Source: an uncultured Spirochaetota bacterium
GTDB lineage: Bacteria; Spirochaetota; Spirochaetia; SZUA-6; CAVTHK01
Assembly (NCBI GenBank): GCA_963734495.1
Contig: CAVTHK010000013.1
Location: 256,001 to 320,000 of the forward strand
Direction of reading: 5' to 3'
DNA: 64,000 nt
Shown: piece by piece, positions 29,717 to 39,271 of the stretch
Layout: every line of letters starts with the position of its first letter
Position numbering within the stretch: the first letter of the stretch is position 1
Position numbers and translations under genes: made by a program
Notes under the pieces: model-generated
The model's input: the letters and a program-made list of their open reading frames with translations, nothing else
Databases searched by the model: none
Told to the model about the DNA's origin: nothing

Positions 29717-31304
29717 TCAGCGCTTGTTGAAGCGCTCGAGCGCCGCCTTCTGGATCGCGATCGCCTGGTCGATGCCGAGCTTCTTGACCTGCGCGACGTA
29801 GGAGTCCCACTGGTCGAAGCCGACCTGGCCCATGAAGAACTTGACGAACATCTCGTCGGTGTAGACGTTGACCTCGTTCATGATGGCCGCCATCTTGGAG
29901 CTCTCCTCCGACGTCGGTGTCACCGGCGGCATCCGGTAGGAGAAGTCGCTCGAGGCCGCCCACGTCTTGGCAGCCGCGACCTGGTCCGGGTACTTCATGA
30001 ACTGCTCGAAGTACTCGATCCGCTGGACGAACGGCCCGTTGTAGTGCGAGCGCATCCACTTGCTCATGGCGATGGCCATCGGGAGGTTCGGGTCCTTGGT
30101 CACGGCGTCGGTGTACTTGGGGTAGCCGTTGACCCAGTTGTAGCTCACGCCCTCGAACCCGAAGTTGAAGACGAGGTCGCCCTCCTTGCCGTAGCCGTAG
30201 TCCAGGAACGCCGCGGTCTGCGGCACCGACTTGTTCAACGGCGTGATGAACGCCATCGACGGCGTCGGAACGTCCCAGTCCTTCTGCCCGAAGCGGCTCT
30301 TCTGGCCCGCCTTGAGCGTGAGGTACGGGCCGCCCACCAGGGCGAACGTCGGGTTCTTCGGCTTCACGTTGTCGTAGAAGAAGCCCATGCCGCCGCCGAC
30401 CAGGTTGAAGTAGGCGCCGACCTTGCCGTCCATGACCTTGGCGCGCCAGGTCTTGAGGTCCTGCACCGGGAAGTCGGGATCGATCAGCCCCTCCTTGAAC
30501 CACTTGTTCATCGTGATGAGGAAGTCCTTGAAGCCGGGCTCGATGTTGCCGTACTTGACCTGCTTGTTCTCATCCAGGTAGAAGCCGCGGGTCACGCCCC
30601 AGGCCCCGGAGAGCGAGGAGTTGTCGAACAGGTCGTCGCCGTCCTGCCCGACGCCCTTTTCGCGGAAGCTCATGGGGTAATCGATCTTCTTCTTGTCCTT
30701 GAAGGCCTTGAGCACGTTGTAGAGATCGTCGATGGTCGTCGGGACCTTGAGCCCGAGCTCGTCGAGCCAGTCCTTGCGGTACTGCGGGCCGCGGTAGGAC
30801 ATGAGCCCTTCGTTGCCGCGGATGAACGGGAAGCCGTAGAGCGTGCCGTCGTCGAGCTTGGCCAGGCGCTCCCAGTCCGGATGCGCCTTGTAGAGCGCGG
30901 TCAGGTTCGGGCGCGTACTTCGCGATGATCTCGTTGTGCTTGACCACGACGCCGTCCGCGATCGCCTTGGCCGCGCCGCCGGGATAGTTGGCGCGCAGGT
31001 CGTACTCCATGACGTCGGGCAGATCGCGCGAGGCCACGATCAGGTTGAACTGGTCCCGTCCCTGGCCCACGGGCGGATGGAGGAACTCGATCTGCATGTT
31101 GAACTTCTTCTGCAGATACTTGTAGAGCTCGCTCTCGCCCATGTTCTTGTAGATCTGGACCGCCTTGTCCGCCGGCATGTCCCACCAGTACTTGATCTTG
31201 GTCGGCCCGGTCGTGCTTGTCTCCGCCGTCGGGCCGGCAAAGAGATCCGCGGCAAAGGCGACGCCGAGGATCGCCAAAGCCAGCACCCACAGTAGTTTCC
31301 TCAT
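29717..31304 (-). CDS. Oligosaccharide ABC substrate-binding protein (LplA-like), frameshift near 30910
   Basis: Signal peptide; ASRDLPD; YRKDWLDELGLKVPTTIDD; KFFMG. Confidence 0.87.
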
Positions 31305-31476
31305 TCAGACACCTCCTGCGACTCTCTCGATTGTCGCGCCTGCGCCGCGCGCTGTAAATCGCCGTTTTTGCGAATGAGTAGCCGGAATTTGAAATGAAGG
31401 CAGCCGCCGGTGCGAGCCGCCCCGCCCCTATTGTCGAGCAGCCTGATCAGCTTGTCCAGCCCGGCGGCAGGCGACT

Positions 31477-32520
31477 TCAGCCGCCGATCATCACCTTGAC
31501 CGTGGCGGAGCGGTTCTCGGTGGCGAACCGGAACGCCTCGCACACGTCGGCGAACGCGTAGCGGTGGCTCACGAGCGGGCCGACGTCGAGGCGGCCGGCA
31601 GCGAGCAGCGCGATCGCCTCGGGGAACGTGTTGCAGTAGCGGTTGACCCCGCGCACGTCGAGCTCCTTCTCGATGACGACCTCGATGGGGTACTCGAACG
31701 CCCGCACCTCGGGCCACCCGACGAGCGTGAGCACGCCGCCGCGCGCGGCGAGCTCCGGCGCGATGCGGCACGCCACTGAGCTGCCGCTGGTGTCGAACAC
31801 GACGTCGACCCCGCGGCCGCCAGTGAGGTCCATGAGCGTCTTGATGGGGTCGGCCTTCTTCGAGTTGATCGTCGCCGTGGCACCGAGCGACTCGGCGAGC
31901 GCGAGCCTGTGATCGAGCACGTCGAAGAGGTAGCACTCGGTGGCGCCGTAGGCGCGGCTCACGAGGTAGGTCACGAGGCCGATCGGGCCGCTGCCGAGGA
32001 TCGCGACGGTCATGCCGGGCGTGAGGCGCGCGCGGTGCGCCGCCTGGATGCCGACGCTGATCGGCTCGACGAACGCCGCCTGCTCGTCGCTCACGGAGTC
32101 GGGGACGAGGTGCGCGAAGTCCGAGACGATCGCGACCTGCTCGGCGAACGTGCCGTTGATGGGCGGAGCGGAGAGGAATGTGACATCAGGGCAGAGGTTG
32201 TAGCGGCCCTTCTTGCACCACTCGCAGCGGCGGCACGGGATGCCGGGCTCGACGGCGACGCGAGCGCCTGGGCGCGGCCCCCGGCCATCGGCCGCGGCCC
32301 GCACGACGACACCGCACGCTTCGTGGCCGGGAACGTAGGGCTTGGTGACGCGGAACGGGCCGAGCTTGCCGCTCTCGTAGAAGTGGATGTCGGAGCCGCA
32401 GAGGCCGTTCATCCTGATGCGGATCAGGACCTCGTCGGGCGCGGGCTCGGGCGCCGGTATCTTCTCGTAGCGCAGGTCGTGCGCTTTGTGCAGCACCGCG
32501 GCTTGCATCTCGACAGCCAT
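31477..32520 (-). CDS. Zn-dependent polyol (sorbitol/xylitol-type) dehydrogenase
   Basis: GLCGSDIH, GHE, CxxCxxC...C, GSGPIG. Confidence 0.92.
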   Translation of the reverse strand: MAVEMQAAVLHKAHDLRYEKIPAPEPAPDEVLIRIRMNGLCGSDIHFYESGKLGPFRVTKPYVPGHEACGVVVRAAADGRGPRPGARVAVEPGIPCRRCEWCKKGRYNLCPDVTFLSAPPINGTFAEQVAIVSDFAHLVPDSVSDEQAAFVEPISVGIQAAHRARLTPGMTVAILGSGPIGLVTYLVSRAYGATECYLFDVLDHRLALAESLGATATINSKKADPIKTLMDLTGGRGVDVVFDTSGSSVACRIAPELAARGGVLTLVGWPEVRAFEYPIEVVIEKELDVRGVNRYCNTFPEAIALLAAGRLDVGPLVSHRYAFADVCEAFRFATENRSATVKVMIGG

Positions 32521-32627
32521 CGCTCACCTCCGGCTGCGATCATAGGCGCCCGCTGCTGGAGAGCGCAAGCCCGGCAGTTGCCTTCAATTTTGACCTTCCT
32601 GCTTCTTCTGTGTTATAACGAATTCCC

Positions 32628-33860
32628 GTGCCTCCCTGGAAACGAAACCTCTACGCGGTCTGGTTGTGTCAAGTCCTTTCGATGATGGGATTTGGGTTCG
32701 TCCTGCCGTTTCTCCCGTTCTACATTCAGACGCTCGGGGTCACGGAGCCGGCCGCGCTGCGGGGGTGGACGGGAGCGATCTCGGGCGCGCCCGGAATTCT
32801 GATGGGCCTCGTCGCCCCGGTGTGGGGCACCCTCGCGGATAAGTACGGCCGACGCGTGATGCTGCTGCGCGCGATGGGCGCGGGAGCCATCGGCATGGTG
32901 GCCATGGCGTTCGCGCCGAACGTGGAGATGGTGTTCGTGCTGCGGCTGGCGCAGGGGCTGTTCGCCGGCACGATCGCCGCCGCGAGCACGCTGGTCGCGG
33001 CGGGGACGCCGCGCGAGAAGATCTCGTACGCGATGGGCTTTATCGCCTCGGCGGCGTTTATCGGCAACGCCCTCGGGCCGTCGATCGGGGGAGTCTGCGC
33101 CGAGTGGCTCGGCTACAGGCCCACGTTCTTCATCGGCGCGGCCATCACGGGCGTGGGATTCCTGCTGGTCCTCAGGTTCGTCGAAGAGGTGCGCGAGGAC
33201 AGGGAGGAAAACGGCGGGTCCGACGAGGGCATCCCGTTCAACGTGCGGCTCACGTTCCGTATGCCGTTCCTGCCGATGTTTATCGCGTTCTTCGTGCTGA
33301 GGCTCGCGCGGAACCTCCCCGGGCCGTTCACCTCGCTGTACATCCAGGAGCTGCGCGGAACGATCCAGGGCTCGTCCGCCCTCACCGGCGCGCTCTCGGC
33401 GGTGATCGGTGTCCTCACGGCGCTTTCGGGGATGCTGCTCACGCGGCTCGGCGACCGGCACGACAAGCTGCGGCTGCTGACCGTCTTTATGGCGCTGAGC
33501 GCCGCGACGGCGCTGCCGATCTTCTTCGCGCCCGGCTCGTGGGGGTTCGTCGTCTTCTACATTCTCTCTGTCGTCTTCCTCGGCCCGACCAACCCGCTGC
33601 TCGAGTCCACGATGACCGTGCTCACCTCGCGGTCGACGCGGGGCGTGCTCTTCGGCGTCGAGGCGTTCATGGGGAACATGGCCATGGCGCTGGCGCCGTT
33701 CCTCGGCAGCGCGGTGACCATCGCGTTCACGCTCAAGCACATCTTCCTGGTATACGCCATCGCCCTCGTCGGCGCGTTCGCGGTGGCGACGTTCTGCAGG
33801 CGCGCCGCGGCGCGGGCGCCTGCCTACGGCGAGGTCGCCGTCTCGAGCGCCGCGAGGTAG
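32628..33860 (+). CDS. MFS transporter (MdtG-like)
   Basis: WKRNL N-terminus, WGTLADKYGRR motif A, about 12 TM helices. Confidence 0.92.
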   Translation: MPPWKRNLYAVWLCQVLSMMGFGFVLPFLPFYIQTLGVTEPAALRGWTGAISGAPGILMGLVAPVWGTLADKYGRRVMLLRAMGAGAIGMVAMAFAPNVEMVFVLRLAQGLFAGTIAAASTLVAAGTPREKISYAMGFIASAAFIGNALGPSIGGVCAEWLGYRPTFFIGAAITGVGFLLVLRFVEEVREDREENGGSDEGIPFNVRLTFRMPFLPMFIAFFVLRLARNLPGPFTSLYIQELRGTIQGSSALTGALSAVIGVLTALSGMLLTRLGDRHDKLRLLTVFMALSAATALPIFFAPGSWGFVVFYILSVVFLGPTNPLLESTMTVLTSRSTRGVLFGVEAFMGNMAMALAPFLGSAVTIAFTLKHIFLVYAIALVGAFAVATFCRRAAARAPAYGEVAVSSAAR

Positions 33861-34094
33861 GAGAGCGCCTCCTCGCGCGAGGCGCCGCACATCTCGGGCA
33901 TCGGACGCAGGGCGACGCACACCGCCGGCCGCTCGGGCCTGCCGTAGAGCGCGCAGCGGTAGCCGGCGGTGAGGTGAATGCAGCGCACGCCCGCGGGCTT
34001 GCCGTCGCGGCATCCCGGGGATCGGCGAGGAGATCGAGAGCGCGATGCAGCAGGCGCCGCAGCCGGGCCTGCAGGGCGCGGGCCCCGCGCTCAT
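33824..34094 (-). CDS. YkgJ/YeiW-family cysteine-cluster protein, frameshift near 34005
   Basis: CRPGCGACCIALSISSPIPGMP, then GKPAGVRCIHL...RPAVC...EMCG in the next frame. Confidence 0.82.
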
Positions 34095-34121
34095 CGGCCG
34101 CTCACCCGGCTCACCCGCGGC

Positions 34122-34757
34122 TCACTTGCCCGAGGCGATCGCGACGGCCTCCCGCGCGACCTTGGTGATCTCGTCGAACTTGCCGCCCGAGATCTGCTCG
34201 GCCCTCGCGATCCAGGTCCCGCCGACGGCGTAGACGGCAGGCTCCTTGAGGTACGCGGCCAGGTTGGCCGGGGTCACGCCGCCGGTGGGGATGTACTTGA
34301 CGCCCACGTAGGGACCGGCCAGCGCCTGGACCATCTTGATGCCGCCCGAGACCTCGGCCGGGAAGAACTTGAGCACGGTCAGGCCCCTCTCGAGCGCGGC
34401 CTCGACGCCCATCGGGTTGTTGATGCCCGGGTAGATCGGGATCCGGTTCTTGACGCAGTAGTCGACGACCGTCGGGTTGAATCCCGGCGTCACGATGAAC
34501 CGCGCCCCCGCCTTGAGCGCCCGCTGCACCTGGTCGATCGTCAGCACCGTGCCCGCGCCGACCAGCACGTCCGGGAGCTTCGACGCGAGGGTCCGGATGG
34601 ACTCTTCAGCGGCGTCGGTCCGGAAGGTGATCTCCGCGATGGGGAGCCCGCCTTCGAGCAGCGCCTTGCCCAGAGGAAGCGCGTCGGCCGCCCGGTCCAG
34701 CTTGATCACCGGCACGATCTTGAGCTCGCGAATCCTGGCATTCAGTTTTTCGTCCAT
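34122..34757 (-). CDS. eda: KDPG/KHG aldolase
   Basis: EITFRT, GAGTVL, LKFFPAE, PTGGV. Confidence 0.95.
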   Translation of the reverse strand: MDEKLNARIRELKIVPVIKLDRAADALPLGKALLEGGLPIAEITFRTDAAEESIRTLASKLPDVLVGAGTVLTIDQVQRALKAGARFIVTPGFNPTVVDYCVKNRIPIYPGINNPMGVEAALERGLTVLKFFPAEVSGGIKMVQALAGPYVGVKYIPTGGVTPANLAAYLKEPAVYAVGGTWIARAEQISGGKFDEITKVAREAVAIASGK

Positions 34758-34848
34758 GCCCGGATCATGTCACGACGCGGCGCGGCTGTCGAGAGCGGGT
34801 GTCGAGAGCGGGCGGGCGGTGTGCGAACGGGCCGACCCGCCGGCGGGC

Positions 34849-35448
34849 TCAGCCGTCCTCGGGGCGCCGTAGAGCCAGCACCGCCGCGCCCGCGGCGTCC
34901 AGGTCCGCAGCGAATGCGATCAGGCCGTCGCGGTGGCCGCCCATCACCACCACGCCCGCGGCCCGCGCCCCGCGGACCGCTTCCGCAACGGCCTCCGCGA
35001 TCTCGGGAGTTCCATACTCCGCTTCGCGGCGCGTGGTCGGAAGCCTGCCCGCGAAGCGCTCCCACATCCGCGCCGAGTGCACGTGGATCACCGCGCCAAC
35101 CCATGGGAGGGTCTGGTAGACGGCGGCGTGGGTGAGCGATTCCGAAGACGCCCGCGTGAGGCCCCTGCACGCGAGCCAGTTCTCCCAGGGCCGCGCCTCG
35201 TCGACCAGCGCGTAGTGACGCGGCTCGAGGCTCTCGAGCGCGCCGGTAGCCGAGCCCGTGATGACGAACGCGTTCCCGCCGGCGCGGGCGGAGATGTTGC
35301 CGAAGCCGGTGCCGTCCTGCGTAGCGCCGACAAGGCCGAGGCGCCGCAGCTCGCTTCGCCAGCGTCCGAGAGCCGCCAGCAGCGCGGGCGCGATTTCGAG
35401 CGGCTCCTCGGTCCAGCGGCAGGCGAACTTCGTGTAGCCTTCGGACAT
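34849..35448 (-). CDS. Class II aldolase/adducin-family protein
   Basis: GNISAR, SSESLTH, IHVH, GH metal ligands. Confidence 0.87.
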   Translation of the reverse strand: MSEGYTKFACRWTEEPLEIAPALLAALGRWRSELRRLGLVGATQDGTGFGNISARAGGNAFVITGSATGALESLEPRHYALVDEARPWENWLACRGLTRASSESLTHAAVYQTLPWVGAVIHVHSARMWERFAGRLPTTRREAEYGTPEIAEAVAEAVRGARAAGVVVMGGHRDGLIAFAADLDAAGAAVLALRRPEDG

Positions 35449-35546
35449 CGCGACATCCTCGCTGCAGGGCGCGGCGGGCGCTGCGGCTGCGGCTGCGGCG
35501 ACCGCGGGGGGCGCGGGCGCGGCGGGCGCTGCGGGCGCCACTGGCG

Positions 35547-36584
35547 CTACGGGGCGAGCGCGCGCAGAATCTCGCCGGGCCTGAAGATGCCCCTCTCCGT
35601 GATGATGCCTGAGACCAGCCGCCCGGGGGTGACGTCGAAGGCCGGGTTCCTCACGGGGCTCGCCTTCGGGGCGATCCGGACGGTGGCCGGCCGCCCGCTC
35701 GCGACGTCCTCGCCCGCGACGCACGACACCTCGTCCGCCGCGCGCTCCTCGATCGGGATCTCGCGGCCGGTCGGGCAGCGGGGATCGATCGTGGCCGCGG
35801 GCGCCGCCACGTAGAACGGGATGCCGTTCTCGCGCGCCACCACCGCGCTGGAGTAGGTGCCGATCTTGTTGGCGACGTCGCCGTTGGCCGCGATGCGGTC
35901 CGCGCCCACGATCACGAGGTCGATCTCTCCGCGAGCCATGAACCAGCCGCTCGCGTTGTCCGCGATCACGGCGTGGGCGATCCCTTCCTCGCCGAGCTCG
36001 AACGCGGTGAGCCGGCTGCCCTGGCAGCGCGGCCGCGTTTCGTCGACGAACACGAAGAAGCGCACGCCCCGCCGGTGGGCCTTGTACATCGGGGCGGTGG
36101 CGGTGCCCCAGTCGACGGTCGCCAGCCATCCCGCGTTGCAGTGCGTGTTGACCCGCGCCCCTTCGCGTATCAGGTGCTCTCCGAGCTCCCCGATGGCGGC
36201 GCACGCCTGCTCGTATTCGTCGGCGACCGCCCGCGCCTCCTCGAGCACGGAGCGGCCCGCGCCGGCGGCTCCGAGCGTCCTGTCGATCGCCGCGAACAGG
36301 TCCTGCGCCGTGGGCCTCGTCGCCCGCAGCTCCGCGGCGGCGGCCGGGAGGTCCGCGCGCTGCCGCTCGGCGAGCGCCATGCCAAAGGCGGCCGCCGCGC
36401 CGATGGCGGGAGCCCCGCGCACGACCATGGTTCGGATCGCCGCCGCCACTTCCCGGTAGTCGCGGTATCGCGCGATCTCCAGCCTGTGCGGAAGCGCGGT
36501 CTGATCGATCAGGCAGAGCTCGCCCGCCCCGCGCGAGGACTCCTCGAACCAAACCGTCCTGTAGGGGCGTCCGCCGATACGCAT
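35547..36584 (-). CDS. mtnA: Methylthioribose-1-phosphate isomerase
   Basis: VRGAPAIG, THCNAGWLAT, DETRP, GADRI, NKIGTY, NPAFDVTP. Confidence 0.95.
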   Translation of the reverse strand: MRIGGRPYRTVWFEESSRGAGELCLIDQTALPHRLEIARYRDYREVAAAIRTMVVRGAPAIGAAAAFGMALAERQRADLPAAAAELRATRPTAQDLFAAIDRTLGAAGAGRSVLEEARAVADEYEQACAAIGELGEHLIREGARVNTHCNAGWLATVDWGTATAPMYKAHRRGVRFFVFVDETRPRCQGSRLTAFELGEEGIAHAVIADNASGWFMARGEIDLVIVGADRIAANGDVANKIGTYSSAVVARENGIPFYVAAPAATIDPRCPTGREIPIEERAADEVSCVAGEDVASGRPATVRIAPKASPVRNPAFDVTPGRLVSGIITERGIFRPGEILRALAP

Positions 36585-36590
36585 CGTTCG

Positions 36591-37340
36591 TCAGCTCACG
36601 CGCGGGATGAGCGCTACGAGGATGCGCCGAACCTTCTCCGCGTTGCGATGGAAGGTCTCGAGCACCGCTTCCCACGTGACCGGCTCCTCGTCCTCCTTCC
36701 AGCAATCGTAGTCGGTGGACATGGCGATCGTCGCGTACGGAAGGCCGATCTCGTTGGCGAGGATGCACTCGGGCGCGATGGACATGTTGATGACGTCGGC
36801 GCCCCAGGCGCGGAACATCCGCGACTCGGCGCGGGTCGAGAAGCGTGGCCCCTCGATCGTGACCACCGTCGCGCGCTCGTGCACCGCCACGCCGAGGTCC
36901 CGGCACGTCGCGATGATCAGCGCGCGCAACCCGGCCGAGAACGGGTCGGCCATCGGCGTGTGGTTCATGGCGCCCGGCTCGAATCGCTCGAAAAAGCTGA
37001 CCTTCCTATGCCTCGTGAAGTCGATGAACTGGTCGAGGACCGCCAGGTCTCCCCGGCGGATCTCCTCGCGCAGAGAGCCGACCGCCGTCGTGCTCACGAC
37101 GTGCGTGCACCCCGCCTGCTTCAGCGCGAACACGTTCGCCCTGTTGTTCACCTGCGTCGGCGGGATCGTGTGGTCGCGGCCGTGGCGGGCGAGCAGGTAG
37201 ACCGCGCGTCCCTCGATCCGGCCCTCGCGAAGCGGCGAGGAGGGACTCCCCCAGGGAGTGTCGATCTCGACGTCGCGGCTCTCCTTGAGGATCGCCGGAT
37301 CTTCCAGCCCGCTTCCGCCGATGATGCCGATGACCGCCAT
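36591..37340 (-). CDS. mtnP: Methylthioadenosine phosphorylase
   Basis: IIGGSG, ARHG, EGPRFSTRAES, INMS, TDYDCW. Confidence 0.95.
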   Translation of the reverse strand: MAVIGIIGGSGLEDPAILKESRDVEIDTPWGSPSSPLREGRIEGRAVYLLARHGRDHTIPPTQVNNRANVFALKQAGCTHVVSTTAVGSLREEIRRGDLAVLDQFIDFTRHRKVSFFERFEPGAMNHTPMADPFSAGLRALIIATCRDLGVAVHERATVVTIEGPRFSTRAESRMFRAWGADVINMSIAPECILANEIGLPYATIAMSTDYDCWKEDEEPVTWEAVLETFHRNAEKVRRILVALIPRVS

Positions 37341-37377
37341 GCGCGCCTCCCGCTCCTTCCGCGGCCCGAGTATAGCG

Positions 37378-38133
37378 TCAGGCCGGCTCCCTGCGCCACC
37401 TCGCGACCGTGGCCGGGATCAGCACTGCGAGGCACGCCGGCCACCCGACCGCGAGAGACTCAGGAATGGTAAGGCGAAAGGCCTGCTGCGCCACCCACAT
37501 CGATGCCGCCATCGAGCCCAGGCTGAGGATCACGAGCGGAGTCTGGCGCACCATCGTCCACAGGCTGTGGCGCGCCTCGTAGGTGGCGACCACGCCGACC
37601 ATGGGGAACGTCGCCATGAAGCCGCCGAGCGGGCCCTTGAGCGCGACGAGCGCGGAGATGACCGCGGCGACGACCGCGAACTTGACGGGCACGGGCAGGT
37701 CGCTGCGATGGCCGGGCTCCACGCGGTGAGGCAGCGCGACCGCGAGGCCGACGCCCACCGCCAGCACGACGGCAAAGGCGGTCCAGAACGACGCCGCCGT
37801 GAGCGGCATGACCGCGTTGAGCAACGCGCCCACGACGCAGTAGACCGCCGCGGACGCGGCGATGCTCGCAACGATCGGCGCCTTGAGGCGGCTGTGCAGC
37901 CATCGCACCAGGACCATGAACAGCAGGAGATTGAGGTAGCCGACCATGTGCGACGTCCCGATCGGCCGGCCCAGGGCCAGGTTGGCGATCGTGAAGGGCA
38001 CCGGAAAGGAGTAGAGCAGCGCCTTCGCCCTCGGGCTGCGGACAAAGGCGAGCAGCGTCGTCTGCAGCGAGACTCCGAGAACGAGGACGAAGTCCCAGAC
38101 GCCGAGGCTCGGCGCGATCCCGGCGAGGGTCAT
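37378..38133 (-). CDS. Hypothetical multi-pass membrane protein
   Basis: About 8 hydrophobic helices; co-oriented with neighbours; family not recognised. Confidence 0.65.
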   Translation of the reverse strand: MTLAGIAPSLGVWDFVLVLGVSLQTTLLAFVRSPRAKALLYSFPVPFTIANLALGRPIGTSHMVGYLNLLLFMVLVRWLHSRLKAPIVASIAASAAVYCVVGALLNAVMPLTAASFWTAFAVVLAVGVGLAVALPHRVEPGHRSDLPVPVKFAVVAAVISALVALKGPLGGFMATFPMVGVVATYEARHSLWTMVRQTPLVILSLGSMAASMWVAQQAFRLTIPESLAVGWPACLAVLIPATVARWRREPA

Positions 38134-38137
38134 CCGG

Positions 38138-39100
38138 CTACAGCACCAGGAAGAGGACGGGCAGCGCCACGACGAGCGTCGAGGTGCTCGCGACCCAGGC
38201 GCTGTTGGCGAGGTCGAGGTCGAAGCCATAGAGCGCGGGCGGAACGAGCGCGTTGAACGCCACTGGCATCACGGACAGGATGACCACGATCTTCAGCGCG
38301 AGCCCGTCGGCCACCGACCCGAAGCCCAGCACCGCGGCGAGCGGGATCATGACCAGGGGCACCAGGGCGTGCCGGATGACGAGCACGATCAGAATGTCCC
38401 TCCGGTAGCCTCCGATGCGGGAAAAGTGCAGCGTGAGCCCGATCGCGAGCCCCAGCGTCGCGGCCACGCACGGCACAAGGACCGCCACGACGTGCGTCAG
38501 CACTTCGGGACGCGCGGGACCCCAGAAACGCAGAAGGATTCCCGCGCCGATGGCGATCAGCGGGATGACGAGGTACGGGTTTTCCTTGAGGTTTTCCGAG
38601 CTGACGCGCAGGACGCGCTCCTCGCCGCGCGCGATGTTGCTCGAGACGGGGTATCCGATCATGTAGTACGCGGGCGACATGAGGACCGTAAAGAGCTGCG
38701 CGAGCCCGTACCCGGCCTCGCCGAACATCGTGTAGGCGATCAGCCCGCCGAAGGTCACGACGTTGCTGAAGACGCCGCACGTGAACACGGACGCCGCCTG
38801 CTCGGGGGGGATGCGGAACAGGCGGATCGCCACCATGGCGCCGGCGGCCCCGAGCAGCACCGACAGCAGCCCGAGGAACGGGAACGCGAGCACGCTCGGC
38901 GAGGGGAGCGTGAGGCCCCAGAAGGTGCTCAGGATCGCCACGGGATTGAGGAAGAAGAAAGACACGAGCTTGAGGACGCGCGAGATCGCTCCGAATCCCG
39001 TCGCGCCCGCTACGCGGAACCCGGTGAGGACGCGCTGCATCCCGTATCCGACCGCGATGCTGCCTATGCTGACGACAAGCACGAAGATGAGTTGTCCCAT
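38138..39100 (-). CDS. AEC (auxin efflux carrier)-like transporter
   Basis: About 10 TM helices, FSNVVTFG, MPVAFNALV. Confidence 0.75.
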   Translation of the reverse strand: MGQLIFVLVVSIGSIAVGYGMQRVLTGFRVAGATGFGAISRVLKLVSFFFLNPVAILSTFWGLTLPSPSVLAFPFLGLLSVLLGAAGAMVAIRLFRIPPEQAASVFTCGVFSNVVTFGGLIAYTMFGEAGYGLAQLFTVLMSPAYYMIGYPVSSNIARGEERVLRVSSENLKENPYLVIPLIAIGAGILLRFWGPARPEVLTHVVAVLVPCVAATLGLAIGLTLHFSRIGGYRRDILIVLVIRHALVPLVMIPLAAVLGFGSVADGLALKIVVILSVMPVAFNALVPPALYGFDLDLANSAWVASTSTLVVALPVLFLVL

Positions 39101-39271
39101 CGCATCCGCCGGGGCCATGCTGCCACCGGCCGCGGCCGCGGGTCAAGCGGCTCGCCTTCGGCTGCCTTTGGCGCTCGTGCCGGCGGGCGGGCGCGGCTGC
39201 CTCGCCGGCGCCCGGCCGATATCGGCCGCGGTCCGCCGTGTGCCCGCCGCGCAAAGTCCGACAGGCTGCTG

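Noticed and set aside
10100-34010. Programmed ribosomal frameshifting
   Set aside because: Breaks are scattered through unrelated genes with no shared slippery motif; sequencing error is more likely.
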